Shown one piece after another: positions 41,926-53,341 of a stretch of DNA of 64,000 nucleotides (within the stretch, counting starts at the first letter, position 1; the number at the start of each line of letters is the position of its first letter). A program made the translations under genes and the position numbers. Location of the stretch: contig DASZLX010000035.1 of the NCBI GenBank assembly GCA_035552155.1, forward strand, positions 1,381 to 65,380, read 5' to 3'. The notes under the pieces were generated by a model. The model saw nothing but the letters and a program-made list of their open reading frames with translations. It made no database searches and had not been told where the DNA came from. The stretch comes from Verrucomicrobiia bacterium (GTDB lineage Bacteria; Verrucomicrobiota; Verrucomicrobiia; Limisphaerales; DASXHY01).

Positions 41926-43584
41926 TCATTTCCCGGCCGCCTGTTTTCCCGGCGGCTTCGTCAAATCCCCTGACCAACCTCCGCCAAGGGCTTTGATTAA
42001 CTGCACGGTTGCCGTCATCTGGTTGAGCCGCAACCCCACCGCCGTACGTTGATTTCCCAACAACGTCGTCTGCGCGGTAATCACGTTCAGATAACTGTCG
42101 ATGCCCAGGCGGTAGCGATCATTGGCCAGGTTGAGATAGCGTTGAGACGACGCCACCGCGGCATCTTCCTGTTGAATTTCCCGCGAGAGCAGGCGCAGCG
42201 CGGCGAGATTATCTTCTACGTCCTGAAACGCGCCGAGCACGGTTTGCCGATAAGTGGCCGCCTGTCCTTGATATTGGGCCTTCGCCTGCGCGGTCACCGC
42301 GAACTTATTGCCGGCGTCGAAAATCGTCTGCGCCGCCGCCGCGCCCAGCGACCACACCAGCGCCGGGCCGCTGAAAAGGTTCACCGTGGACGAGCTTTCG
42401 TAGCCGCCCGAAGCGCTCAACGTCACGTTCGGAAAATACGCGGAGCGCGCCACGCCGATTTGCGCATTCGCCGCCGCCACGCGCCGTTCAGCCGCGGCAA
42501 TGTCCGGACGCCGTTCGAGCAAGCCGGACGGCACGCCGAATGGCACCGCCACCGGTTTCGATTCCAGCGGCTCGGGGGAAAGGGAAAAATCGGCCGGCGC
42601 CTTGCCCACCAGCACGGCCAGCGCGTGCTCGACTTGCGCGCGCTGAATGCCGATATCGGTGGCCTGCGCCGCGGTGCTGTTCAATTGTATCTCCGCCTGG
42701 GCGACATCCTGGTCGGACGCAATGCCCGTATCGTGCCGCACCTGGGTCAACCGGAGCGACTCGCGATAGGCATTGACCGCGTCGTTCAGAAGTTTTTCCT
42801 GGGCGTCCAGCGAACGGATTTGAAAATAATCCGCCGCGACCTCGCTCTGCACGGTCAGCCGGGTATTTTCCAGGTCCGCCAGAGAAGCTTGCGCTTCAAA
42901 CCGGCTGGCTTTGACCGTGTTGCGAACGCGCCCCCAGAAATCAGGCTCCCAGGAGGCATCGAGCGGAAGCGAGTATTCGGTGAGGGTGACGCTGTTGCTG
43001 GAAATACCCGAACCGGCGCGCGCCGCCGATTGCCGCGAGCGCGTTACGGAAGGATTCGCGGTCACGGTCGGGAAAAATTGCGAGACGTTCTGCTTCACCA
43101 CCGCGCGCGCGGACAGAAAATTCGCCAGCGCAACCGCCACGGTTTGATTCGAGATATTCACCTGGTCCTCGAGCGTGTTCAATTGCGGATCGTTGAACAC
43201 TTCCCACCACTTACCGCGCAGGGCGGCGTCGTTCGGCGTCGCGGTTTTCCAGCCGTCGACTTCCTTGGCGCTGTCGGGCGTCAGTTCCTTGTACGCCGCG
43301 GGCGCGGGCGCCGCCGGCTTTTGGTATTTGGGGGCAAAATTGCACCCCGTCAAAAAAATGACGCCCAGAATCGCCAGGCCCAGAAAATGATGAAGACGAT
43401 TTCTTCCGCCCTTGGGCGCTTGGACCGGCGCCACCGCAATCGGCACGTCAAATTGCGGCTCTTCCGCAAAAGAAATTTCCATGAGCCTGGTGGCGCGAGC
43501 GTTTTGCCCGCGCATTTCAAAACGCACGGGCGGGAAAGCCGCGTCACCGGTATCCCGTTTTGAAAATGGTCCAAATCTTTTCAT
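41926..43584 (-). CDS. RND efflux outer membrane factor lipoprotein (NodT family)
   Basis: Lipobox FLTGC, and two repeated alpha-barrel halves with the typical motifs (WWEVFNDPQLN, DASWEPDFWGR, LFDAGN, ALGGGW). The start is 8 nt downstream of the mdtC-like stop. Confidence 0.9.
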   Translation of the reverse strand: MKRFGPFSKRDTGDAAFPPVRFEMRGQNARATRLMEISFAEEPQFDVPIAVAPVQAPKGGRNRLHHFLGLAILGVIFLTGCNFAPKYQKPAAPAPAAYKELTPDSAKEVDGWKTATPNDAALRGKWWEVFNDPQLNTLEDQVNISNQTVAVALANFLSARAVVKQNVSQFFPTVTANPSVTRSRQSAARAGSGISSNSVTLTEYSLPLDASWEPDFWGRVRNTVKASRFEAQASLADLENTRLTVQSEVAADYFQIRSLDAQEKLLNDAVNAYRESLRLTQVRHDTGIASDQDVAQAEIQLNSTAAQATDIGIQRAQVEHALAVLVGKAPADFSLSPEPLESKPVAVPFGVPSGLLERRPDIAAAERRVAAANAQIGVARSAYFPNVTLSASGGYESSSTVNLFSGPALVWSLGAAAAQTIFDAGNKFAVTAQAKAQYQGQAATYRQTVLGAFQDVEDNLAALRLLSREIQQEDAAVASSQRYLNLANDRYRLGIDSYLNVITAQTTLLGNQRTAVGLRLNQMTATVQLIKALGGGWSGDLTKPPGKQAAGK

Positions 43585-43592
43585 TCGTGAAA

Positions 43593-46500
43593 TCAGGCTG
43601 CCGGCGCCGGCAATGCATTCGGCGCGGCAGATTTTCTAACGGGCGCGAGCCAATGGCTGACCCGGTCCATGTATAAATAAACCACCGGCGTCGTGTACAA
43701 CGTCAACACCTGGCTCATCAGCAATCCGCCGACAATGCTGATGCCCAGTGGGCGGCGCAGCTCCGAGCCGATGCCGTTGCTCAAAACGAGCGGCAGCGCG
43801 CCAAACATCGCCGCCATGGTCGTCATCAGGATAGGACGAAACCGCAGCATGCACGCCTCAAAGATGGCATCGTGCGAGCTTTTCCCTTCGTTCCGCTCCG
43901 CCGCGATCGCGAAATCGATCATTAAAATCGCGTTTTTCTTGACGATGCCAATCAGCAGCAACATTCCAATCACCGCAATGACACTCAGTTCCGTCCGGAA
44001 CAACATCAACGCCAGCATCGCACCCACCCCGGCCGAGGGCAGCGTCGAGAGAATCGTGATCGGATGAATGTAACTCTCGTAAAGAATCCCGAGCACGATG
44101 TAAACCGCCGCCAGCGCCGTGAGAACCAGCCACAGCATATTGCCAAGCGAATCTTCGTAGGCCTGGAACGTGCCCGCGAAGCCCGCATGAATTCTTCCCG
44201 GCATGGCGACGCGCTGCTCCAAATCACGAATGGCTTTCTGCGCGTCGCTGAGCGCTTTTCCCGGCGCGAGATTAAATGAAATCGTCACCGCCGGAAACTG
44301 GCCGATGTGGTTGATCGTGACGGGCGCGGTCGTGGGTTCGTATCTCGCCACCGCGCTCAAAGGCACTACTCCGGTGGTCCCGTTCGTGGCGTGCAAATAA
44401 ATCACGTCCAGCCCCGCTGGGCTCTGCCAGAATTGCGGGTCCACCTCCATCACCACGTGATACTGGTTCAAGGAAGTGTACATGGTCGAGACCTGCCGCT
44501 GGCCGAAGGCGTCGTAAAGCGTCGCATCGATCAATTGCGACGATATCCCCAGGCGCGCCGCGGTCTGGCGATCGTAGACGAGCGAGGCCTGCAGGCCGTT
44601 GTTTTCCTGGTCGCTATTCACATCGGCAAAACCGGGCAATTTGCCCATTTCCTTCGTCATGATCGGCGCCCACTTGATCAAGTCGTCCAGGTTGTCGCTC
44701 TGAAGTGTGTATTGGTATTGCGAGCGGCTCTGGTGGCCGCCGATGCGCAAATCCTGCGCCGCCTGGAGGAAAATATCCGCGTCATGCACCACGGCCAGCT
44801 TCGGCCGAAGCCGGTTGATGATTTCAGACGACGATATTTTTCGCTGCCGGAGCGGCTTCAAAGACATGTAAACGAACCCTCCGTTGGCGGGGCCGTTCCC
44901 GCCGGTGAAGGCGATGACGTTGTCCACCGCGGGATCTTTTTTGATAATCGATACAAACCGCCCCGCGTCCTCTTGCATCGAAAGAAACGAGGCATCCTGC
45001 CGCCCGCGAATGCCACCCACGATCGTGCCATTATCCTGCTGCGGGAAAAATCCCCTCGGCACGATGAAGATCAGGAAAACGTTCACGCCGATCGTTGTGA
45101 TAAGAATAATCAGCGTGATGAGCGGATGGCGCAGGACCGTGCGCAGGCTCCGTTCATACGCGCCCAATATCGAGTCAAAAAACCGCTCGCTCGTGCGATA
45201 CGATTTCCCGTGTTTCGCGCTGTGCTGCGGGCGAAGCAGCCGCGAGCACATCATGGCCGTCGTCGTCAGCGAAATCACCAGTGACACGAGAATCGCCGTC
45301 GAAAGCACCACCGCGAATTCGCGGAACAACCGGCCCACAATGCCGCCCATCAGCAAAATGGGAATAAAAACCGCAATCAACGAAATGCTGATGGACAATA
45401 CCGTGAACCCGACCTCGCGCGCGCCTTTCAGCGCCGCTTCCACCGGCGTCATTCCCATTTCCAAATGCCGCGAAATGTTTTCGATCACCACAATCGCGTC
45501 GTCAACCACGAACCCAGTCGAGATCGTCAGCGCCATCAGCGAAAGATTGTCCAGGCTGAAGCCGAACAGGTACATCACCCCGAACGTGCCCACCAACGAC
45601 ACCGGCACCACCACGGCGGGAATCAAAGTCGCCCGCGCATTGCGCAAAAACAGGAACACCACCAGGATCACCAATGCGATGGCGATAATCAGCGTGCGCT
45701 CGACTTCAAACACGGAGGCGCGGATGTTCGTCGTGCGGTCCAACACCGTGGTCATCTCGATGGCCGCGGGCAATGATGCTTTGAGAGCGGGCAACGCGGC
45801 TTTGATGTTATCGACGGTTTCGATGATGTTCGCGCCTGGTTGCCGGAAGATGATCAGCGGTATGCTCGCCTTGCCATTCAGAAACCCGGCCGTGCGGATG
45901 TTTTCCACCGAATCCTGCACGTTGGCGATGTCGGATAATTTGATCGCCGCGCCGTTGTGATACGCCACGATGAGTGGCCGGTAATCCTTCGCCTTCAGCA
46001 ACTGATCGTTCGCGACAATGTCCGCGGTCGTTTGCCCATTGGCGAGCTGGCCTTTGGGCAGGTTCGCGTTTTGTTTGCTCAACATCGTCCGCACATCCTC
46101 CAGTCCCAGCCCAAAGCTGTTCAACGCCGTCGGATTCACGTCCACGCGCACCGCCGGAAGCGCGCCGCCCCCGACGAACACCTGCCCCACGCCTTGAATC
46201 TGCAACAACCGCTGCTGAACGATCGTGGACGCCGCATCGTAAAGCTGCCCGCGGTCGTAAACATCCGACGTCAGCCCGATAATCATGATCGGCGCATCCG
46301 CCGGGTTCACTTTGCGGTACTGCGGATTGTTCGGGAGATTGGCCGGAAGATTCGCGCGCGCGGCGTTGATGGCTGCCTCGACATCCCGCGCCGCGCCGTC
46401 GATGTTCCGGTTCAAATCGAATTGCAGCGTGATGCTGGTCGTGCCCAGCACGCTTGACGACGTCATTTCATTGACGCCCGCAATGTGGCCCAATTGCTTT

Positions 46501-46703
46501 TCCAGCGGCGCCGCCACCGAGGCGGCCATGATTTCCGGGCTCGCTCCCGGAAGAGCCGCCGCCACTGTGATGGTCGGAAAGTCCACTTGCGGCAACGGTG
46601 AAACCGGCAGTTGCAAATAAGCCACAATGCCCGCCAGCGCAATCGCCGCCGTCAGCAACGCAGTGCCAACCGGCCGGCGAATGAATGGCTGGGAAATGTT
46701 CAT
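43593..46703 (-). CDS. mdtC: RND multidrug efflux permease (MdtC-like)
   Basis: About 1036 aa with AcrB-type 12-TM architecture ([25 protein letters not shown]). The true start is MNISQPF at 46703, overlapping the upstream stop (ATGA). The longer ORF reaching 46964 overlaps mdtB and is rejected. Confidence 0.92.
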   Translation of the reverse strand: MNISQPFIRRPVGTALLTAAIALAGIVAYLQLPVSPLPQVDFPTITVAAALPGASPEIMAASVAAPLEKQLGHIAGVNEMTSSSVLGTTSITLQFDLNRNIDGAARDVEAAINAARANLPANLPNNPQYRKVNPADAPIMIIGLTSDVYDRGQLYDAASTIVQQRLLQIQGVGQVFVGGGALPAVRVDVNPTALNSFGLGLEDVRTMLSKQNANLPKGQLANGQTTADIVANDQLLKAKDYRPLIVAYHNGAAIKLSDIANVQDSVENIRTAGFLNGKASIPLIIFRQPGANIIETVDNIKAALPALKASLPAAIEMTTVLDRTTNIRASVFEVERTLIIAIALVILVVFLFLRNARATLIPAVVVPVSLVGTFGVMYLFGFSLDNLSLMALTISTGFVVDDAIVVIENISRHLEMGMTPVEAALKGAREVGFTVLSISISLIAVFIPILLMGGIVGRLFREFAVVLSTAILVSLVISLTTTAMMCSRLLRPQHSAKHGKSYRTSERFFDSILGAYERSLRTVLRHPLITLIILITTIGVNVFLIFIVPRGFFPQQDNGTIVGGIRGRQDASFLSMQEDAGRFVSIIKKDPAVDNVIAFTGGNGPANGGFVYMSLKPLRQRKISSSEIINRLRPKLAVVHDADIFLQAAQDLRIGGHQSRSQYQYTLQSDNLDDLIKWAPIMTKEMGKLPGFADVNSDQENNGLQASLVYDRQTAARLGISSQLIDATLYDAFGQRQVSTMYTSLNQYHVVMEVDPQFWQSPAGLDVIYLHATNGTTGVVPLSAVARYEPTTAPVTINHIGQFPAVTISFNLAPGKALSDAQKAIRDLEQRVAMPGRIHAGFAGTFQAYEDSLGNMLWLVLTALAAVYIVLGILYESYIHPITILSTLPSAGVGAMLALMLFRTELSVIAVIGMLLLIGIVKKNAILMIDFAIAAERNEGKSSHDAIFEACMLRFRPILMTTMAAMFGALPLVLSNGIGSELRRPLGISIVGGLLMSQVLTLYTTPVVYLYMDRVSHWLAPVRKSAAPNALPAPAA

Positions 46704-49700
46704 GGCGTCGCGGGCGCCGGCGCATCGGCGACTGTCTCTTTTTGCCGGGAACGGAAAAATCGTTTCCCAAAGCGATCGAAATAAATGTAAATCACCGGCG
46801 TCGTGTAGAGCGTGAGTAATTGGCTCACCAGCAGGCCGCCGACTATCGCAATGCCCAGTGGCTTGCGCAATTCCGACCCGACACCGTTGCCGAACGCCAG
46901 CGGCAACCCGCCGAACAGCGCTGCGAACGTCGTCATCATGATTGGCCGGAACCGCAGCAGACACGCCTGGTAAATCGCTTCCTCCGCGGGCTTGCCCTCG
47001 TGCCGCTCGGCTTCCAGCGCGAAGTCAATCATCATGATCGCGTTCTTCTTCACAATACCGATCAGCAGGATGATGCCGATGAGCGCCACCACGCCAAGCT
47101 CGGTTCCCGTCACGAGCAGCGCCAGGATGGCTCCCACTCCCGCCGACGGCAGCGTGGAAAGAATCGTCACCGGATGAATGTAACTTTCGTACAGCACCCC
47201 GAGGACGATGTACACGGTGATGATGGCCGCGAGAATCAACAGCGGCTCGTTTTGCAGCGAAGCCAGGAACGCCTGCGCCGTCCCTTGAAACGACGCCTGC
47301 ACACTTAGCGGCATCCCAATTTCACTTTGCACCTTTTCTATGGCTTTGGTCGCCGCGCCCAGCGATTCCCCGGGCGCGAGGTTGAACGAAATGGTGACGG
47401 ACGGAAACTGGCCCTGGTGATTGATCGAAATGGGGATCGTGCCCGATTCAAAATGAGTGAACGCGCCCAGCGGCACGGACCCGCCGCTGGAGGAACGTAC
47501 GTAAATGTCGTTCAACTTTTGCGGGTTGCGCTGGAACTCAGGCAGCGTTTCCAGGATGACATGATACTGGTTCAATTGCGTGAACAGCGTGGCAATCTGC
47601 CGCTGGCCGAAAGCATCATAAAGGGCGTTGTCGATGTCCTGCGGCGTGATGCCCAACCGCGAAGCGGTGACGCGATCGATGACCAGCGTGGCCTGCGAAC
47701 CTTGTGTCTGCTGGTCGGTGGCCAAATCGCGCAGCTCAGGCAGCGCCTGCAGCTTATCCATCAACTTCACCGTCCACGTGTTCAATTCCTCCGCGCTCGC
47801 GTCTTCGAGCGTGTATTGATATTGCGTGCGGCTGACGCGGTCTTCAACCGTCAGGTCCTGCACCGGCTGCATGTAGAGCGTGATGCCCTCCACCTTCGCC
47901 AATTCGGGTTGCAACCTCCGCATGACATCGGTCGCGCTGATTTTGCGTTCCGCCAGGGGTTTCAGATTGATCAGGATGCGCCCGCTGTTGAGGGTGGAAT
48001 TGATGCCGTCCGCGCCAATGAACGACGAAAGACTCTCCACCGCCGAATCCTTGAGAATCACCCGCGCCAGTTCCCGCTGCTTCTCCGCCATGGCCGGAAA
48101 GGAAATATTTTGCGCCGCGTCCGTAATTCCCTGAATGACGCCCGTGTCCTGCACCGGAAAAAATCCTTTCGGCACAATCATGTACAAGACAATCGTCAGC
48201 ACCAGCGTGCCCACCGCCACCAGCATCGTCGTGGGCTGATGCTTCAAAACCCACCGCAGCGTCCGCCCGTAATAATCCACCGCCCGCTCGTAAACCCGCT
48301 CGGAAGCCTGATAAAAGCGGCCCGGCTTTTTGTCGGATTTCGGCTTGATCAGCCGGGAGCAAAGCATCGGGGTCAATGTCAGCGAGACCACGGCGGAAAC
48401 CAGGATGGTAACGCTCAGCGTCACGGCAAATTCGCGGAACAGCCGCCCCACGATGTCCCCCATGAACAGCAACGGAATCAGCACCGCAATCAGCGAGACC
48501 GTCAGCGAAATAATGGTGAAGCCGATTTGCTCCGAGCCTTTCAACGCCGCCTGCAGCGGGCTTTCACCCTCCTCGATGTACCGGACGATGTTCTCGATCA
48601 TCACGATGGCGTCGTCCACCACGAACCCGGTTGAAATCGTCAACGCCATCAGGGAAAGATTGTCCAGGCTGTAACCGAGCAAATACATCACCCCCAGCGT
48701 GCCCACGATGGACAACGGCACCGCCACGCTCGGAATGAAGGTGGCAGGCAGGTTGCGCAGGAACAGGAAAATCGCCAGCACCACCAGCCCGATGGTCAGC
48801 ACCAGCGAGAATTGAACATCATGCACCGACGCGCGAATCGTGGTCGTGCGGTCGGTGAGGACTGTTATATCGATGGAGGCCGGAAGGCTTTCTTTCAGGG
48901 TCGGCAGAAGTTTTTTGATGCTGTCCACCACCTGGATGATGTTGGCGCCCGGTTGGCGCTGGATGTTCACAATGACCGCCGGCGTGTCGTTCATCCAGGC
49001 GGCCAGCTTCTGGTTCTCGACGTCATCCACAATCCGCGCCACGCTCGATAGCATCACCGGCGCGCCATTGCGATAAGCCACCACCAGCGATTGGTAATCC
49101 TTGCTTGAAAGCAGCTGGTCGTTCGCGTTGATTTCGAAGGATTGGCGCGGCCCGTCAAAATTGCCCTTCGCCTGGTTGACGCTCGCCTGCTGCAACGACG
49201 TCCGCAATTCGTCCAGCCCAATGCCGTAGGAGGACAACGCGGTGGGATTGGCCTGGATGCGCACCGCCGGCTTTTGGCCGCCGCTGATCGTCACCAAACC
49301 GACGCCGGGCAATTGTGAAATTTTCTGCGCCAGCCGTGTGTCGGCGAAATCCTCCACCTGGTTCAATGGAAATGTTTTTGACGTCAGCGCCAGCGTCATG
49401 ATCGGCGCATCCGCCGGATTGGATTTGCTGTAGATGGGCGGCTGCGGCAGACCCGTGGGCAGATAACTCTGGGAGGCATTGATCGCCGCCTGCACTTCCT
49501 GCTCCGCCACATCGATGTTCAACGACAGCACGAATTGCAGCGTGATGATCGAACTGCCGCCGGAACTGATGGAGGTCATCTGTTTCAGGCCGGGCAATTG
49601 CCCGAACTGGCGTTCCAACGGCGCAGTGATGGCCGATGCAGTGACATCCGGGCTCGCCCCCGGATAAAACGTAACGATTTGTATGGTGGGGTAATCCACC

Positions 49701-49816
49701 TGCGGTAACGCCGAGACGGGAAGCTCCTTGTAGGCGACAAAGCCAGACAGCAAAATCGCGACCATCAACAAAGTCGTCGCCACCGGCCGCAGAATAAATT
49801 GTCGCGAAGGACTCAT
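46700..49816 (-). CDS. mdtB: RND multidrug efflux permease (MdtB-like)
   Basis: 1038 aa and paralogous to the next gene ([25 protein letters not shown]). Tandem RND permease genes are characteristic of MdtABC-type systems. Confidence 0.92.
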   Translation of the reverse strand: MSPSRQFILRPVATTLLMVAILLSGFVAYKELPVSALPQVDYPTIQIVTFYPGASPDVTASAITAPLERQFGQLPGLKQMTSISSGGSSIITLQFVLSLNIDVAEQEVQAAINASQSYLPTGLPQPPIYSKSNPADAPIMTLALTSKTFPLNQVEDFADTRLAQKISQLPGVGLVTISGGQKPAVRIQANPTALSSYGIGLDELRTSLQQASVNQAKGNFDGPRQSFEINANDQLLSSKDYQSLVVAYRNGAPVMLSSVARIVDDVENQKLAAWMNDTPAVIVNIQRQPGANIIQVVDSIKKLLPTLKESLPASIDITVLTDRTTTIRASVHDVQFSLVLTIGLVVLAIFLFLRNLPATFIPSVAVPLSIVGTLGVMYLLGYSLDNLSLMALTISTGFVVDDAIVMIENIVRYIEEGESPLQAALKGSEQIGFTIISLTVSLIAVLIPLLFMGDIVGRLFREFAVTLSVTILVSAVVSLTLTPMLCSRLIKPKSDKKPGRFYQASERVYERAVDYYGRTLRWVLKHQPTTMLVAVGTLVLTIVLYMIVPKGFFPVQDTGVIQGITDAAQNISFPAMAEKQRELARVILKDSAVESLSSFIGADGINSTLNSGRILINLKPLAERKISATDVMRRLQPELAKVEGITLYMQPVQDLTVEDRVSRTQYQYTLEDASAEELNTWTVKLMDKLQALPELRDLATDQQTQGSQATLVIDRVTASRLGITPQDIDNALYDAFGQRQIATLFTQLNQYHVILETLPEFQRNPQKLNDIYVRSSSGGSVPLGAFTHFESGTIPISINHQGQFPSVTISFNLAPGESLGAATKAIEKVQSEIGMPLSVQASFQGTAQAFLASLQNEPLLILAAIITVYIVLGVLYESYIHPVTILSTLPSAGVGAILALLVTGTELGVVALIGIILLIGIVKKNAIMMIDFALEAERHEGKPAEEAIYQACLLRFRPIMMTTFAALFGGLPLAFGNGVGSELRKPLGIAIVGGLLVSQLLTLYTTPVIYIYFDRFGKRFFRSRQKETVADAPAPATP

Positions 49817-49934
49817 GCCGGATTCAACTCAACGTGTCCCTCCGGGCACCGTGTCGGTAGGGATGCCGCGCCGCGGCGTCCCCGTTCGCGCTCAGCCGAC
49901 GGAACAATCACGCCCAAGGTGCGAATTCCAGCCC

Positions 49935-51266
49935 TCATTTCTTTTTACCCCTTTTCGCCGGCCGATTCGTCCCACTCTCGACTGCGGCATTCGTCCCGTC
50001 CTCTTCGGGTGCGTTGGTCATGGCGCCGCCTCTTTGCTTCCCCTCACCCGCCGCGCGAACACTTACCGTCGCCCCATCCGTCAACCGGTTGAAATTGGAT
50101 GCGGCTACGACAGCGCCCGGCTCAATTCCCTCCACCTCCGACACATCGCCTTCGCTGGTCACCACGTTGATTGTCTTTATCACGGCGACCTGATTGGTCT
50201 CCGTGGACTGCACCAGATAGACATACGCGCCCTGCGAATTATGCTGGATGACCGGGTTCGGAAGCAGAGTCACGTCGCGATGGGTATCCACCAGCAGCTT
50301 GATATTGACGAATTGATTTGGGAAAAGGGATTCGTCTTCGTTCGTAAACATGGCTTTCAATTGGACCGTGCCAGTGTTGGTGTCGATCTGGTTGTTCAAC
50401 GATTCCAGGACGCCGGAAGCGATCTTGTCCTGCGCTGAACGGTCCAGCGCGTCCGCCGCGAGCTGTTTTCCCTGTCTCATTTGACGCAGAATCGGCTGCA
50501 GCGAATCCTCGGCAATGCTGAAAACAACAGTTATGGGCTGAAGTTCGGTGACGACCACCAACGGGTTCGCGTCACTCGCATGAACAATGTTCCCCGGATC
50601 CATCAGTCGCAAACCCACCCGCCCCGTGATGGGCGAGGTGATGTGGCAATAGGCGAGCTGCACCAGCGCGTTGCTCACCGAGCCCTCATCCAGCATCACC
50701 GTGCCTTCATATTGATGGACGACGGAGCCTTGGGTATCCAACTGCTGCTTCGGCACCGCGTTCTTGGAAAACGCCTCCTGGTAACGGCTCAAATCCAGCC
50801 GCGCATTTTCCAGCAACGCCTGGTCGCGCGCGAGTTGCCCCTGGGACTGCACCAGCGTCGCTTGAAATGGCGACGCGTCAATATCCACGAGCGGATCGCC
50901 CGCATGTACCAATTGCCCCTCTTTGTAATAGACCTTGGTAAGCTCGCCGTCCACGCGCGTCCTCACCGAAACCACATAATACGGCGTCACCGTCCCCAGC
51001 GCATTGACGTAAACCCCAATGTCACCCTTCTGCGCCGTGGCCGTATCAATCATCACGGTCTGGCCCGCGCCTCCCCGCCCGCCACGGCCCGTTTGGGCAT
51101 TGGGTTGGCCACGCCGCACGAAAATCACCAACACAACCAATAACACGATAATCACGGCAACCACCCACGGCCAAATCCGCCGCGGGCGCGGCGCTTGTGA
51201 GGAGGGCGAAGGGTTGGAAGGTGGCACACCTCGAGCGCCGGATTGGGCTTGATCGTTTTTTTCCAT
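49935..51266 (-). CDS. mdtA: RND efflux periplasmic adaptor (membrane fusion protein, MdtA-like)
   Basis: 443 aa with an N-terminal TM anchor, a lipoyl/alpha-hairpin/beta-barrel pattern (G.LV.IDA.P..A.L.Q..G.LA.D.A.L.NA..DL.RY) and a charged C-terminal tail. Confidence 0.88.
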   Translation of the reverse strand: MEKNDQAQSGARGVPPSNPSPSSQAPRPRRIWPWVVAVIIVLLVVLVIFVRRGQPNAQTGRGGRGGAGQTVMIDTATAQKGDIGVYVNALGTVTPYYVVSVRTRVDGELTKVYYKEGQLVHAGDPLVDIDASPFQATLVQSQGQLARDQALLENARLDLSRYQEAFSKNAVPKQQLDTQGSVVHQYEGTVMLDEGSVSNALVQLAYCHITSPITGRVGLRLMDPGNIVHASDANPLVVVTELQPITVVFSIAEDSLQPILRQMRQGKQLAADALDRSAQDKIASGVLESLNNQIDTNTGTVQLKAMFTNEDESLFPNQFVNIKLLVDTHRDVTLLPNPVIQHNSQGAYVYLVQSTETNQVAVIKTINVVTSEGDVSEVEGIEPGAVVAASNFNRLTDGATVSVRAAGEGKQRGGAMTNAPEEDGTNAAVESGTNRPAKRGKKK

Positions 51267-51468
51267 GAACTCTGCGCTCTATCGAGCAATTAATTATGTC
51301 GCTAAATTACCGCAACGGACGCAACGACGAACCGTCTGCACCTAGACTCCGGTTGTAACTCAATGGTTACAACGGAATAAATCAGCCCTTTTTCGCCCGC
51401 TCGAAGCCAGGCTCTTTTAACCGGCTGGTCAGCGATGAAACGGCCCAATTTCACCGCCCAGCCAAGGC

Positions 51469-51891
51469 TCAACGCCAATGTCCGTTGACCCAATAAACCC
51501 TGCGACCGCGGTGGACCCAATGTCCCGCCACCCAGACCGCGTGCGGATGCGGCCCAATCACCCAATGGCCACCGGCCCAAAGCCACCGGCCGTGCCAGGT
51601 CCAGAAACCAGGTACCCAGACGTAAGCCGCTCCGGGCGAAACCGTGACTACTTCCGTTTGCGGCGCGGGCGGAACTTCACCCGGCGGCGGCGCTTCTGGC
51701 ACAGCCGCAGCATCCGGCTGCAGCGCCGGAGCTGACATTCCCGGCGCAGCAGGAGGGACAGTCGCCACGTCCGGCGCGGGCGGCGCCGGTTCCCGCACAT
51801 ACACCACGCGGCGTTCCACACAACCAGCCAGGAGACCCGCCACAACCAAGCTTCCGAACAACACTATCGTTTTTTTCATACAGGTAAACAA
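51469..51891 (-). CDS. Lipoprotein with WXXGXW-type Trp/Gly/His repeats
   Basis: Lipobox LLAGC, a Pro/Ala-rich linker, then YVWVPGFWTWHGRWLWAGGHWVIGPHPHAVWVAGHWVHRGRRVYWVNGHW. Confidence 0.7.
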   Translation of the reverse strand: MFTCMKKTIVLFGSLVVAGLLAGCVERRVVYVREPAPPAPDVATVPPAAPGMSAPALQPDAAAVPEAPPPGEVPPAPQTEVVTVSPGAAYVWVPGFWTWHGRWLWAGGHWVIGPHPHAVWVAGHWVHRGRRVYWVNGHWR

Positions 51892-52190
51892 ATAGTTACA
51901 AGTTTGACGCCACTCCTCAGGATTTGTTCATTCAGAAAATGAACAATCGACCTTTTACTCAGCGCAATGGAAACAGACTCCACGCCCTTATTTACCCACT
52001 GTCGGAGCGCGCTGGCACGGGTTATTTACCCCAGCGGAGAGCGGTCGAATATTCCCTGTGAAGCCCCGCCATTAGGGGTGTTCACCCCGATTGTGACCGG
52101 CCCATTGTGGCACAAGGTTTTTATAGGTTATTTGCGCCGTGTGGCTCTACTGGGCCGCCCGCTTAAACCAACGAAACAAAAGGATTTTTT

Positions 52191-53156
52191 ATGGAAACCA
52201 CGATGACCGAAACGATGAAAGCCATCCAAATTCATGAATTCGGCGGCCCGGAAGTCCTGAAACTGGAGGACATCCCGCGCCCCGAACCGGGCCCCAATGA
52301 GGTTCTGGTCCGCATCCACGCCGCGGGCGTGAACCCGGTGGACTGGAAAATTCGTGAAGGCAAAATGGGCCAGATTCCCCTGCCCTCCATCATGGGCGTC
52401 GAATTCTCCGGCGAAGTGGAGGTCCTCGGGCCCGAAGTGATGGAGTTCCGCGTGGGCGAGCCCGTGTTCGGCTCGGTGGCCGACGCCAGCGGCAGCTACG
52501 CGGAATACGCCCTTGCGCCGGTGGCGCAAATCATCGAAAAACCGGCTGTGCTGGACCACGTGCGCGCGGCCGCCCTTCCGGTGGCTTCGATGACCGCCTG
52601 GCAGGCATTGTTCGACGAGGCGAAATTGCGCAAGGGCCAAAAGATCCTCATCCACGCGGCGGCGGGCGGCGTCGGCAGTTTCGCGGTGCAATTCGCAAAA
52701 TGGAAAGGCGCCTATGTCATCGGCACCGCCTCCGGCCCGAATGCCCATCTCGTCCGCCGCCTGGGCGCGCATGAATTTATTGACTACCGCACCACCCGTT
52801 TTGAGGACGTGGTGCAGGAGGCCGATGTGGTTTTAGACACCATCGGAGGAGAAACGCAGGCACGCTCCTGGAAGGTTTTAAAGAAAGGTGGCGTGTTGGT
52901 CTCGATCGTGCAACCGCCACCGGAAAAAGTCGCGGCCGCGCACGGCGCGCGTGGAGTTTTCATGCGCCAGGACGGCACGCGAACGGAGGAGTTGCGTCAA
53001 ATCGCCGAACTCGTCGGCAGCGGCCAGATTAAGGTAAACGTCGAAACCATTCTGGCCCTCCGCGAAGCGCGCAAAGCCCAGGAATTAAGTCAAAGCGGTC
53101 ATGCCCACGGAAAAATCGTGCTGGCCATCGATCCCAATGCCGGCGTGGTGTTGTAA
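52191..53156 (+). CDS. NAD(P)H-dependent quinone oxidoreductase / zinc-independent MDR-family alcohol dehydrogenase-like protein
   Basis: 321 aa with a GroES-like N-terminus (GPNEVLVRIHAAGVNPVDWKIREG) and the Rossmann motif AAGGVGSFAVQFAK. Confidence 0.85.
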   Translation: METTMTETMKAIQIHEFGGPEVLKLEDIPRPEPGPNEVLVRIHAAGVNPVDWKIREGKMGQIPLPSIMGVEFSGEVEVLGPEVMEFRVGEPVFGSVADASGSYAEYALAPVAQIIEKPAVLDHVRAAALPVASMTAWQALFDEAKLRKGQKILIHAAAGGVGSFAVQFAKWKGAYVIGTASGPNAHLVRRLGAHEFIDYRTTRFEDVVQEADVVLDTIGGETQARSWKVLKKGGVLVSIVQPPPEKVAAAHGARGVFMRQDGTRTEELRQIAELVGSGQIKVNVETILALREARKAQELSQSGHAHGKIVLAIDPNAGVVL

Positions 53157-53166
53157 TATTGCCCCC

Positions 53167-53198
53167 GGACCGCGGCTGTGCTGAAAGCCAGCCGCAGC
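53167..53198. repeat. REP-like hairpin, family B (copy)
   Basis: GGACCGCGGCTGTGCTGAAAGCCAGCCGCAGC has one mismatch to 24465-24496. It lies just 3' of the oxidoreductase gene. Confidence 0.8.
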
Positions 53199-53341
53199 CG
53201 CCCGTTAGCATCGCGATCGCCGAATGGAATTTCGGCAGACGGTAAAAATTCCCGAGCGTCGCAGTCCCCGCGCCCCGCGCGCGCCAAACCCGGCAGTATT
53301 TTGCGCTTGCCGTAACGCTCCCCATCCGAAACCTTTTCATC

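Noticed and set aside
42049-43563. Long + strand ORF (504 aa). Similar long ORFs lie opposite real genes, for example 47327-48634, 44307-45284, 44884-45960, 26031-27260, 29481-30455, 24783-25784, 9137-10144, 8171-8995, 16296-17141, 21750-22649, 20956-21714 and 6068-7015.
   Set aside because: All lie antisense to, or out of frame with, genes that have clear family signatures. Their translations are Arg/His/Pro/Gly-rich low-complexity sequence without motifs, as expected for stop-poor alternative frames in GC-rich DNA.
46704-46964. Upstream extension of the mdtC-like ORF (the ORF track gives 43593-46964).
   Set aside because: The extension overlaps the 3' end of the mdtB-like gene and encodes an Arg/Ala/His-rich sequence. 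The canonical RND N-terminus [17 protein letters not shown] starts at ATG 46703, which overlaps the upstream stop (ATGA).
51302-51895. Several ORFs overlapping the WXXGXW lipoprotein gene (51302-51586 -, 51478-51735 +, 51644-51895 +, 51648-51845 -).
   Set aside because: Only the 51469-51891 frame has a lipobox, a signal peptide and a coherent repeat structure. The others are alternative-frame artefacts of a repetitive GC-rich region.
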